Origin: Chrysomallon squamiferum
Lineage: Eukaryota; Animalia; Mollusca
Assembly: GCA_012295275.1 (NCBI GenBank)
Contig: CM022679.1
Span: 28,024,001 to 28,088,000 of the forward strand
DNA length: 64,000 nt
Direction of reading: 5' to 3'
Each line of letters opens with the position of its first letter. Position 1 is the first letter of the stretch. A program made the position numbers and the translations under genes. Under the pieces are notes generated by a model, which was given only the letters and a program-made list of their open reading frames with translations, was not told the origin of the DNA and made no database searches. This document shows, piece after piece, positions 16,874 to 29,720 of the stretch.

Positions 16874-18834
16874 CTGTAAAACAGAGCAAAGCATCATCAT
16901 CAACATCATCAATATCACTTATTTGTAGTAATTGTGGGAGTATCATCATCTTTACAGTAACTATCATCATTATCATCATCATCATCATCATCGTTAGTAG
17001 TAACAGTATCAACAGTATTAAAAGTATTATTGTTGTTGCTACTATAACTATTGCTACTACTACTACTACTACTACTATTACAACTATTATTACTAGTACT
17101 GCTGTTGTTCTTACTACTACTATTTTATTATTACTATTATTATTATTACTACTGCTGCTATTACTAGAACTGCTACAACAACAACAATAAATACATTGTT
17201 GTTTTTGTCGTTAAATCAACAAGACATGATGACGTATCAGAGTTAAGTGATTATTTTAATTACATGATGAAAAAAATCACTGATTTGCTAAGTACTGCCA
17301 GTTATTTGTCATTTATATGCGACATTTTGTAGACAGAACAGTACATACCAAAACATTTGATAAATATGTCTCAGGAATTCTTTTTGTCAGTGTGGTACTT
17401 ATGAGTGTTGATGTCATTTGTTACTGCAATATATTTATATCGAAAGAGCTTTAGGAGAAACTGTTAAAACCGTATTTAAAATCAATAGTTTTTATTTCTT
17501 TTCTTTTTTTTCTTTTCTTTTTTTCCGTTATTGTTATTACTATTTTACTATTATTTATTTATTTGTTTGTTTGTTTGTTTTCATTTCAACTCTTTCTATG
17601 TTGTTGCGAAGTAGAATGGATTTATTTGAATATCCAATTTCTTAGCAAGATTTCATCTTTTCGTTGGTTGTTTTTTGTTTTGTTTTTTTCTTCTTTTAAT
17701 TTTTTTTGTTATTGTTTTTTTTTTTTTCTTTTCTTTTCTTTTTTTTCATAGCAAAATCAACCAGTTTTTCATTTATTTAGTTAGTTGCTTTCTTTCTTTT
17801 CTTTCTTTTCGCTTTACTTCATTTAGTTTTTTTAATTGATATTTTTATTATTATATATATTTTATTTTATTTTATTTATTATTTACGTATTTATTTATTT
17901 ATAGTCACTAAAAACAGAAGATAACCGCACTGTGCTGTCAATTACGTTAAAACCAACACTTATCTTAATGACGTCACCCGATACTGGCGCGAGCACCGCA
18001 CGCGAGACTAACGTGCGTGCCTCGTTCCAGTTTTACTGTCAGTTCTGTTAAACGTCGGCTGCGATGACGGACGTCGATGTGCCTTTCTAACGAAAACAAG
18101 CACGGACGTGATCGCACCGAGACTCCGAGCATCACCCTGGAGACGTGGTGTGTGTGTTTTACCGTCAAGAACCGCAATTAGCCAGTGTCTCCGGTAGCAA
18201 ATGATTAAATCTTGAAACAAGACTTCGACGGCGAGCGACATATTTTTCAAAACAGTTAAATTGTCGCCCATCAAGTGCTACGTGAATAATTGAATGGAGA
18301 GTTCGTTAACGACGTCCAAACGCATTTACAGTTCTATCCCAACGACGTCGTTGTTATCTAAGTCGTGCGACTGCGGATCACAGTGGTCCTGATTTTATTT
18401 GACGTGAGTAAAAATGACAACCAAAAAAAAAAAAAAAAAAATGTATCCCGCTAATATTTACATTAGTTTCAAACAGTAAAAGAGTTTTGTTCAGTATAAA
18501 CAAGCAATGAATAAAACATGCTAATAACGTACGTTATCATAATATTTATATATTTTTTTTTTACTCTAACAAAGTATGTTAATGTTTTTTCTCAACGTTA
18601 AAAAAAATTAATAAATAATAAATAATAAAATAAATAACTAAATAAATAAAAATAAAATCCCAGATAAATAAAATTATAAATAAACCAATAAATAAGAATA
18701 TAAATGAATAAACTTTAATAGTAACAATAACGACAGCAACAGAAATAATAACAATAGCATAATAATAACAACAATGATGATGATGATTGTTATTATTATT
18801 ATTATTATTACTAGCAGCAGTAGTAGTAGTAGTA

Positions 18835-18885
<51 letters not shown>

Positions 18886-19002
18886 ATAGTAGTAGTAGTA
18901 GTAGTATAATGACAATAATGATAAATAAATAAATAAATAAATACCTAAGCAACTACACAAACAAAACAGATCACTAAACACGTTCTGTATGACAGTACTT
19001 AC

Positions 19003-19206
19003 TCTGAAACTGTCGTTCATGAAGCCGTAGATAACCGGATTAACGAAGCTGTTCGACATGGAAAGCCAGTGGCAAGCGGAGTAGAGCGCCTTCTTGGGGT
19101 CTTGAGGGATGGAGTTAGGCGCGAAAGATTCGAGCAAGAAGAAAATGTGAAGAGGCAACCAGCAAATCCCGAACATAAGTACAACAGTGATCAGCATTTT
19201 AATAAT
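19003..19206 (-). CDS. Same GPCR, coding exon 2 (aa 273-340: TM6, ECL3, TM7)
   Basis: Acceptor ttttatttcag|ATT ATT AAA ATG and donor AGA|GTAAGT; 204 nt = 68 codons. Joins in frame as AKRK|IIKMLITVV and contains CWLP and HWLSMSNSFVNPVIY. Confidence 0.96.
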
Positions 19207-19291
19207 CTGAAATAAAATAAATCAGAAAATCGTGAAAAATGTCTGCACTGCCTTAAGGAGATCAAAACAGAATTTTCAATTAATAGTTTGA

Positions 19292-19331
<40 letters not shown>

Positions 19332-19463
19332 AAGATAAGTAATGTATAAAACTAATGAAAATCGATTTAACGAGAGAAAGAAGAGATAGATAGCTAGACA
19401 GACAAACGCACACACGCACGGACAGATAGACAGCCAAACAGACACACATGCAGACAGACAGAC

Positions 19464-19500
<37 letters not shown>

Positions 19501-19516
19501 GACAGACAGAGAGACA

Positions 19517-19548
<32 letters not shown>

Positions 19549-21398
19549 CAGAGAGAGAGAGAGAGCAGGACAAAGGGACAGAGGCGAAAGACAGTCATAA
19601 AGAAAAAAAAGATTCTGAATAATTTATCAGTCTACTCTGTGTTTTATTGGTTAAATCCACGACAGTATAAAACAGTATAAATTTAGAAAAATAAAACCTT
19701 TTAAGTGCTAATGTAAAAAGTGTGTTCACAAATCATCAACTCGTCATTAATACATTACACATTTCTTTCATGTAAACTTAGTTAATGTTAACATTAGCAT
19801 TTACAACTTCAGAGATTACTAAACGAAGGCCGCTGAAAGGAATTTCAAACTGTTTGAGAGATTTCATTTTAATTCACGTGAGAATATTTTTCTTATACGA
19901 GTTCACTGACTCCTCCAGAGTACGTTTTAATGATTGCTGTGAATAGATTTACTGATTCATTTGTTCTTAAAATATGTCAGCCTTAACGTCTGAGATTTCG
20001 AAGAACTGGTAAGTTTTAATGAAAATAGATAGAGTTCAGCAGTAAAAGTGTAACATATTTGTGTAAGTATTTATTAGTGACTAAACAAGATATAGACAAG
20101 TAAATGAGTAGATGTGTTACCAGATAGAAAGTTAGTAGATATGAAATTAGGTAGAAAAAGTAAATAGTTAAGTAAATACAAAGGTAAGTAGCTATATACA
20201 GAAAAGCAGATAAGTGAATAGATATATAAACGTAAATAGACAAGTAGATATATTAGTAATTAGAATATTAAACAATCTGTTAGATATGTAAGAAGGTAGA
20301 CTAATAAACGAGTAAACAGATGGACAGAAAAACAGAACAGACAAGCTTGCGGACAGATATGGATGGATGATGAAGTGTGAGAAGGAAGGACAAGGAGAAT
20401 GATAAGCAGACTGCAGACAGAAGAAGAAACAAAAGTTAGAATTAACTCTGACATAACTCCAGTAGCTCAGCAACAAACAGAGAACATGAACTGACATACA
20501 GGATCAGTTTCCAAATTGTGTCGTGATTTAACTTTATAAACTATTATTTATGAGCTAATTTTCTGAAAGCGGTCTTCAGTATTGGTTCCGTTCTTTCAGA
20601 TATCAGGCCGTTATTACTAGAAAACTCCCATGATAGATTCACCCTGTGTTGCGGCGAAGGTTCTCATTGAATAATGCATTGCCAGCATTCAATAATGGAA
20701 AAATCTTCAAACAAAAATTTGCAGACACATATAGCTCAATTCCCTCAGCTATTATTGGCGCTTAGTGACAATTACTGAACATGATCGTAACCTTTTGTCG
20801 GAATCCTCAGAGAGACGATTCACTGCAAACCTGTGAGTGACCTTTACCGCGGTCGTCTTGACAGTATGACATCACTTTATTGTTCTCTAAGACAATGAGG
20901 TCAACAAAAGCAAGAACAGGAACACGGAGTCAAAGTCTTGACAGTATGACATCACTTTAATTTAAAAATATTAGAAATCTCTAAGACAATGAGAAAACAG
21001 AAATACATAATGGAATCTTCAACAAAATGAATGACTTGCAGGAAAATATCTTCTGCTCGCTTTGAAAGACAACTTAACGGTCACTGTTTGGAACTGTGAA
21101 AACTAAACATCAGGCTCTGACAAATTGCTACAGAGATCAAATTACAAGAAAAGAACTGACGATGATGAAGATTTAATAAATACATACGTATGTGATAGAC
21201 AAGAAAATACTATGTTAATTTAAAAATATTATGAAATGTAGTGTATGTCTGTGTGTATGTATGTGTTTGTATGTATATGTGTTTTGTATGTATGTATGTA
21301 TGTATGTATGTGTGTGTATGTATGTATGTCTGTATGTATGTATCTATGTATGGATGTATGTATGTATGTATGTATGTATGTATATATATATATATGTG

Positions 21399-21431
<33 letters not shown>

Positions 21432-21857
21432 GTGTGTGTATGTGTGTGTATGTATGTATGTATGTGTGTGTGTATGTATGTATGTATGTGTGTGTTTGTA
21501 TGTATGTACTAGTATAAATGTATGTTTTATACGTGTACAGAAACAGAAATCTCTCTCTGACGATGTAAAACAGACGACTCGTCTGCTCTGGACACACTCA
21601 AACACAAATGTGATAAAAGTCTATTACTGATGTCTGCGTTTCAGACATGAAGACTAATGACGTTTTCTGACGTACAACACTAAACTGACTTGATTAACCT
21701 GCATTAAACCTCTGAGAATCGAACAGATATTTAGTGATTTTTCAGACCCTGGTAACAACAACCTTTGACCTTGAAAAGTTGTAAGGTCAACTGAAAGCAA
21801 ATTATCTCCTCGTAAAGAACAGTGATATTCACTCTCAGTTGACAATACTTCTTTCGT

Positions 21858-22641
21858 TACTCTACTCATTGGTTACTGTGGTTACCCTACTCATTGGTTA
21901 CTGTGGTTACTTTACTCACTGATTACTGTTGTTACTTTATTCATTGATTACTGTGGTTACTATACTCACTGATTACTGTGGTTACTCTACTTATTCACTA
22001 CAGTGGTTACTTTACTCACTAATTACTGTGGTTACTATACTCACTAATTACTGTGGTTACTTTACTCACTAATTACTGTGGTTACTTTACTCACTAATTA
22101 CTGTGGTTACTTTACTCACTAATTACTGTGGTTACTTTACTCACTGATTACTGTGGTTACTTTATTCACTAATTACTGTGGTTACTATACTCACTAATTA
22201 CTGTGGTTACTTTATTCACTAATTACTGTGGTTACTATACTCACTAATTACTGTGGTTACTATATTCACTGATTACTGTGGTTACTTTATTCACTAATTA
22301 CTGTGGTTACTATATTCACACTGTGGTTACTTTGGTTTACTTTATTCACTAATTACTGTGGTTACTATACTCACTAATTACTGTGGTTACTATACTCACT
22401 ACTGTGGTTACTATACTCACTAATTACTGTGGTTACTTTATTCACTAATTACTGTGGTTACTATACTCACTAATTACTGTGGTTACTATATTCACTGATT
22501 ACTGTGGTTACTTTATTCACTAATTACTGTGGTTACTATACTCACTAATTACTGAGACTATACTCACTAATTACTGTGGTTAGACTCACTAATTACTGTG
22601 GTTAGAGAGAGATTACTGTGGTTACTTTATTCATTGCTTAC
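21858..22641. repeat. 25-bp minisatellite, about 30 copies, inside the first coding intron
   Basis: Unit TTACTGTGGTTACT(T/A)TA(C/T)TCACT(A/G)A. Confidence 0.95.
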
Positions 22642-22677
22642 CTTCTGCTTCTGTACGTCATTATGCCTTTGAACTTG

Positions 22678-22721
<44 letters not shown>

Positions 22722-23560
22722 GAGAGAATTATAAAGATAGAGTAAGACAGAGAGACACATAATAAGAGAAACTGAGAAAAGAGACTGAGGCAAAGATTTT
22801 CAGAGATTAAATTCACGGCTACTGGTCTGTCACAACTTGAGTTATTTTGTTTTGGCACCAAGCAGACAAATAAACTTGAATTCTGAACGCAGTGTGACTG
22901 CGGCCAATAACTGTTAATCTCTGATATCTCGTTCCTGACATATCACTGTGTCGTTTATTAAATGACTCCAGATTTTTATCAAATAAAGATGTGACGGCTC
23001 ACTGAATCCAGTTTAAATTAAAAAATAACGTAATATTTTTGTTTATGGTGAGAATGATATTATTGTCTCATGGAAAATTTCAGATATTTAATCTCTTCAG
23101 TATTAATAAAAAGGGTGTCAAAAACGAAACAAGGGGATGTATGAAATAAAAGGGAAAAAAAGAAAAGAATAAGTAAAGAAATAGATACATTTGAATCCGA
23201 ATAGCATAAAGAATGAGAAAGAAGAGAATGAAGAGAAACAAAGAAAGAAAACACTTTTTTATAAAAATAAGATCATTTGCGTGCGGATTTCTTGGCATTA
23301 TTTTTTCTTTTTTTTTTTTATTTTTTTGTTTTTTACTTTTTGTTTTGTTTTTGTTGTGTAGTTTGTTTACATTCCAGTGCTTGGTTACGCCTGGGAATTA
23401 CTTTATTTTTGGCATAAAAATAATAATGTGTTTTGTCACTGGGCTGTAGATAGATTACCTTTGTTTCGTAAAATATTATATACATATATATGTGTGTCTG
23501 TGTGTGTGAGTGTGTGAGTGTGTGTGTGTGTGTTGTGTGTGTGTATGTGTGTGTGTGCTA

Positions 23561-24051
23561 ACAAACAAACAAATAAATAAACACATAAATAAACAAACAA
23601 ACAAACACATAAATAAACAAACAAATAAACGAACAAATAAATAATAAAACAAACAAACAAACACATAAATAAATAAACAAACAAGTAAATAAATAACAAA
23701 CACAGAAATAAATAAATAAACAAATAAATAAATAAACAAATAAATAAATAAACAAGTAAATAAATAAATAAATAAACAAACAAACAAGCAAATAAATAAA
23801 CAAACAAACAAACACATAAATAAACAAACAAAAACATAAATAAACAAACAAATAAATAAACAAACACATAAACAAACACATAAACAAACACATAAACAAA
23901 CACATAAACAAACAAACAAACACATAAATAAATAAACAAACAAGCATATAAGTAAACAAACACATAACAAACAAACAAACACATAAATAAACAAACAAAC
24001 AAGCAAACACACAAACAAACACATAAACAAACAAACAAACAAACACATAAA
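23561..24051. repeat. (AAAC/AAAT)n compound repeat immediately after the exon 1 donor
   Basis: Seen directly; it explains the hydrophobic low-complexity tail of the 467-aa ORF. Confidence 0.95.
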
Positions 24052-24063
24052 CAGCTCTCTTAC

Positions 24064-24879
24064 CTTTCGTTTGGCTCTGACCTGAGCAGCGTCGCGTATT
24101 TGATCCGAGACTCCGGGCAAAGACCTGAGCGAGAGAATCCTTCCCACTATAGTGTACGTGACGCTGAGAATCAGCAGCGGCAGGAAGTACGTGAGAAACA
24201 TCAAGAACAGAGTGTAAAACTTATTCCACAGCAGCGACGGCTCGGGCCACAGCTCCCCACACTTGATGCTGCCCCTCACCTCGTACGTCTTCCCCACAAA
24301 GAGGAGAACGACGCTGAGAGCCGTGGAGAGAATCCATATAAACACTATCACATATCTCGACTTTGACGACGTCAGCCTCTTCCTCAGAGGGTGCGCCACG
24401 GCCAGGTAGCGGTCAATGCCTATGGCCATGTTGGTGGACACGCTGGCCGTGACGGACACTGTCTGACAGAACTGGACAACCGGACACATGGGTGCGGAGA
24501 AGATCCACTCGTCCAGCAGGTGGTACGTCGTCGTGAACGGAATGCAGATCAAGGCAACGATGAGGTCGGCCACGGAGAGGTTCATGAGAAACGGTCGCAG
24601 TTCTGTCCTCGAGCGTTTGCCGCGGGCGAACACCACCATGGCGATGACGTTGCCGGTGATTGCTGCCACCGTGGTGAAGGTGTAGAGAATGATGAGGACG
24701 ACCTTGGATTCCACTGAAAGTGAAGCCGTGTCATTGCTCAAGCTCATCCACGTCGTTGTCATATTCACGAGTTCTGTTATATTACCGACGTCGGTCACGT
24801 CGACCATGTGAATATCAGTCACGTTAACCATTTGGACGTCAGTGACGTTGGACACGTCAACATCAGTGACGTTGGCCAT
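24064..24879 (-). CDS. Class A neuropeptide-type GPCR, coding exon 1 (aa 1-272: N-terminus, TM1-TM5, ICL3); NPY/RYamide-luqin/leucokinin/tachykinin-receptor-like superfamily, ligand unknown
   Basis: ATG at 24879 in AGCATGG context with an in-frame TAA 21 nt upstream. Motifs: TM1 GN, TM2 NLSVADL..IPF, ECL1 WIF, C132, IDRY (156-158 DRY), TM4 W182, ECL2 C207, TM5 YFLP. Ends AAG|GTAAGA (donor GT at 24063-24062); 816 nt = 272 codons, phase 0. Confidence 0.97.
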
Positions 24880-25006
24880 GCTGTTGGGTACTATACGTTA
24901 TCTTCCAGTGTTTGGATATGGCAGAATATGAGACGTCTAACCTTCATACTCGGTAATTGTTTGTTTTTCTGTTGGTCTTCTACTACGTCAACGTCCACGG
25001 CGTGAC
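24880..25006 (-). other. 5' UTR portion of the first coding exon (127 nt), preceded by a splice acceptor
   Basis: Minus strand reads ctctctcctcttcattttcttacag|GTCACG with AG at 25008-25007 and a long polypyrimidine tract. Confidence 0.75.
24891..24947 (-). promoter_or_regulatory. Upstream ORF (MKVRRLIFCHIQTLEDNV*) in the GPCR 5' UTR
   Basis: AGTATGA start (A at -3), 19 codons including TAG, ending 11 nt before the main ATG in a different frame. Confidence 0.55.
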
Positions 25007-25620
25007 CTGTAAGAAAATGAAGAGGAGAGAGATCACTAATGTGCTGTGACAGTGTTCTATTGCTTCTGCATCTCTCTGCTTTATCTGAGATAAAATTACG
25101 TAACTGAAAACAAGTCAAGAAATTATTGTCTCGACAAACCTGCACTTTTGTGTGTTCGCTAATAACAAACACTACGACCAGCAAAATATACAAAAAAAAC
25201 AACAAAAAAGACGCAAAACAAAGAAAAAGAGTGTGGCCACAATATTCAAAAAATTAAAAACACAGCGAAAACAGAAAAAAAAGAATAATGATGATGATGA
25301 TAATGATGATAAGGTGATGATGATTGTTATGCTCATAATGAATGAATGAATGTTTAACCACACGCCAGCATAGAGTGTATAGTGATAACTATGTTGGTTA
25401 TTATTACTATTACTATTACTATTACTATTACTATTACTATTACTATTACTATTATTATTATTATTATTATTATTGTTGTTGTTGTTGTTCTTGTTGTTAT
25501 TTATGAATATGATGACAATGATGTAAACAAAACAGCTAATTAATAAAGGTAAGAATAACAAATAAACATGAAGGAAAGAATACAATAATATACAACAAAA
25601 AAAAGAAGATAGACAGATAT

Positions 25621-25683
<63 letters not shown>

Positions 25684-28119
25684 AACAGACAGAAAACATA
25701 CAGATAAATGATAAAAATAAATAAATAAACATAAGACTTCATAATATATATTTTTAAAATTAAGTACATACTCTAACTTAATGTTGTTTGCTAAACTGAA
25801 CACCTCTGTACAAGTAGTAAACAGTTAATTTTCAGAAGATAAACGAAACTGACAAGTACAAATGTTCAAATGTTTGTTTGATGATGAACAGAGAACCCGC
25901 GATCTGTTGTCTGACTTTGAGAATGTTTGTGTGGCTGAATCACTTCTTACTCAATCAGAAAACAGAAAAATCCTGTTTACGTCGATTCTCTTGAATAATT
26001 AAAAAAAAAATGTTTCTATCTGAAGTTCGCAGAAATATGGTTGTGAAGAAATGTCAGATATAAAATCAAATCACAAGATGAGCTTTATTTTTAAAAAGTC
26101 CAGAGTGTTTTAATTCAGTATAATTTTATCATATAATTATAAAAAATTACGTGCTGAAATATAAAAAAATTGTTATATAATCTTAATTTTTTTTAAAACC
26201 CGCATGTATGCATGCATATGTTTGAGTAATATGGTTTAAACCAAACAGGATCTTCAAGCAGATCTGATTTTATTTAAGTCAAAGGATCAAAAAGATTAAG
26301 AAATAATCCTCACTTAAATTTCGTTTTCAACATTTTTAAAATTATTTTCTCTTAGCGGGAAGTCAGCTGGTAGCAATCAGGAAAGTGAACAGAAAATCGT
26401 GCGCTCGATCTTTTATACATGTGCACTTTGCATGTAGTAAAGAAGCTAATTTTTTATACACTTAAACACTCATTGAGATAAATTCGGTAATTATTAAGTT
26501 GACTTAGATACAAGTAGTACTCCACAGAGAAATCTGTATTTGAAAATGAATTAGCTCAATTATTAAAAAATACGAACAGAACATGAAAGGTAATTACCAT
26601 AATTGCAGATGGGGTACTATGAAAATAACTACGATAAGGAAATATCAAATGCATCAAACGACGTAGTTTAAAACAAACATAGCAAATAAAATAATCAGTC
26701 TTGTTAAATATAATGCGTTGGAAATAATTTGAAATACATTTTTGGGGGTTTATTTTATTTTTAATTAAAAGAAAGCTTCCACAAAATAAACAATACTGCT
26801 CTGCCAAATAGCCATTATTTTCTGTTTTCATACAGAGTTGTCTATTTGAAAGATGTGACGAAATAACAATAATGATAGAAAAAATAAAACATTAAGAATA
26901 CAGCTATTATTGATAACACCATCATCTTCATAATCATCATCAACAATGCCAGAAACGACCTAATAATAGGATCAGTAGTAGTAAAAACTAATAATAATAC
27001 TATATATAAATATAAATAATTACAAAATAACAACAACAACAATAATAATAACAATAATAATAAACATAGAAGTGATATTAATAATTTGTTTAGGTTCTGT
27101 GGTCGCGTCTTGTTAACGGAGACGGCTGATTATAAACTGTTCAATTTCTCTGTAACAAACGAACGAATACAACGTTGCTGTTGGTAGAAGTCTCAAGCTT
27201 TTGACGTGTCACTTCGAGGTAGTCGTGACTGGTAACAGGTTTCTCTGATTTGAATATTAAACCTTGTACATGTTCATCCATGCCAGAAACACGCCAGCAC
27301 GTGTCTCTGATCTGTTTATTAAACATCACTCAAAACGGAAAAAAAAAATACGCATTCAGAGCAACTATATGTTGGGCAAAAACAGTTTTATATTTTGTTT
27401 TGTTTCTAATCTGTTTACGTATAAAGAAGTTGGGCCCTAAAGGTATTTCTCGAAGCAGGCGTTAAATTAATAAGGTTTTACTCGATTTTTAAAAAGCGAC
27501 TGTCACAGATTACATTGGTAGTAAGAAAAAACAACTAACGATATTTTTAGAAGATTTTTACGACTGAGAAGTAAAAGCAAGGCGTTCGTAACCCGCAAAC
27601 AGAGGAAACTGAATGAAGCGGATGTGTACACAACGCCTCTCTCGAGCGAGTCCACGCTTGGAACTCTTTAGTTTCATAAGGAAAATTAACTTTTAAAAGA
27701 TTTTTTTCTTCAATGATTGATGTGGGAATTTTCAAAGTCGTCAACAGACAGCTGTTTAGATGTTTTTGTCACAAATATCCTGTCTGTTACTTCTTTTCTC
27801 ACTCGATAAATTTTAGGAAAATAGAAAAGAAAAATCTGAAAGCTAAATTAGAAAAAGAAAAAAAGAAGAAGACGAAATGAACGATATCCAGATCAAAGTA
27901 AAAATACGAAATAAAAATAGGAATCAAATGCAAAGGTTAAAAGGAAATGAGTTTCCACAGGTATCAATGAGTATCTGTTAGAATACAGTTGTTGAGAAAA
28001 AAAGGAAAAAAAGGAGAGAAATATTGTTATGTACTGTAAATTCATTTTAATTTCAGTTTAGTAATTTATTTATTTTATTTTATTTTATTTTATTTTATTT
28101 TATTTATTTATTTATTTAC

Positions 28120-28198
<79 letters not shown>

Positions 28199-29639
28199 AT
28201 TTATTTGTTAATTTATTATGTACCTACAAGTATGTAAGTAATTTGTTGGTTAACAATAAATGTCGTTATGTACAAAACGTAGATCAATTCAGACTCGTTC
28301 CCATATTTCGCAGTCTGCTTCAGATCGTTGCGTTCAGTAACCCTGAAATGACACACCTAAAACATGGGTCACACACACACAGACACACACGCACACACAC
28401 ACAAACAGAGACCCACACACAAACAGAGAGACACACACACACACACACACATACACACACACACACACACAGAGAGAGACACACACACACACACACACGC
28501 ACACAAATTATTGCCTAAAAACGTACGTTTACAGAACGACATAAGAAGAAGATTATTTATTGATTTTCGGACAGTTTTCAAGTAAATTATCAAACTGGAT
28601 GCACTCTGATATATCTGATGTTAAATGGTGCAAATTCTGGAAAACTGCTGCAGTTAACTGCCGATAAGATAATAATGAGAGAGGAGGGAAAACGTAAAGC
28701 CTATATTCTTTCAATTATCTGCGAAATGAAACTCAAATTTCCTCCATGGTTACAGTAAATGAAAGAGGCCACAGCAGCTAAAATAATATATTATTTTAGC
28801 ATTTCGATGATGGGTATTTTAATAGTGTGTAGTACACGACTTTATATAAAGAAAGTAATCTTTCTATTAACAGAATATAGCAACAGGGAGATGTAGACGT
28901 ATAAATAGAGAACGAGAGAAAGAGACAGAGGGAGAGAGAATGACACGAATAGTAAGAAAAATTAGTTTCATTCAAAGACTCGCTATATTTTTATAATAAA
29001 GATGATTTAGAACCGAGCAGCAAAAGCGTAAATTTAATTGCAGAAAAACATGTACAAAGTTCTCTAAAGCACAAACACGTTATGGGCTATCAGCGTGAAT
29101 TACCTTAAATCAGCCACAGAAGAGTAGCGACTGAGAAATAGATAAATAAGTTGTAGGTGAAAGTACAGGGATATATGGACGGATAAACGGAGTAAATAGT
29201 CGTAATGTATTACATAGACGTAGATACGTAGTCAGAGCACACTAACAAATAATGAAATCACTAAATTAATACACACACAGACACAAACACACACACAAAC
29301 ATATATGTATTGTATATAGAACAATGAATTCAACGTCACGACCCAAAAATCAGTTTTGTCGTCAGTACACAAACTATTATGTCAAATATGATTACTACGG
29401 CAGTTTACTTTTGTCCACACTACACAACACACAAATCATTTACAAGAGAAAACGGGTTAATTTCCTACACTTGTGAGGATCGCGCAGCGGTCAAGGATCT
29501 CGGACACTGGCTATTTAATCAAAAACCGCAACCAGGAGGTGCAGAAGTCCACTCGGGCCTGGACAATGTCCGCTGTGTAAGTTCGATAACCTATTTCTCT
29601 TGTTATATTCTGTTAATACTGAACTGAGTGTTTTCAAAT

Positions 29640-29720
29640 TGACTGAAAATAGGTTAGTGCTAGAGAGGAAACCCGCTGGAATTCGCTGTCTCGGTTAGAA
29701 TAGAGAATCTATGTTCCAGT
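29640..29720 (-). mobile_element. Decayed SINE-like fragment
   Basis: TAGAGAGGAAACCCGCT (reverse complement AGCGGGTTTCCTCTCTA) matches, from memory only, the core of a gastropod tRNA-derived SINE. Not verified by a search. Confidence 0.3.

Noticed and set aside
23476-24879. 467-aa ORF as a complete single-exon protein
   Set aside because: GPCR similarity stops at a consensus donor (24063); the remainder is translated microsatellite. TM6-TM7 lie in the exon at 19206-19003.
24100-25005. Plus-strand ORFs overlapping GPCR exon 1
   Set aside because: Antisense shadows of a GC-rich coding exon, with no independent protein features.
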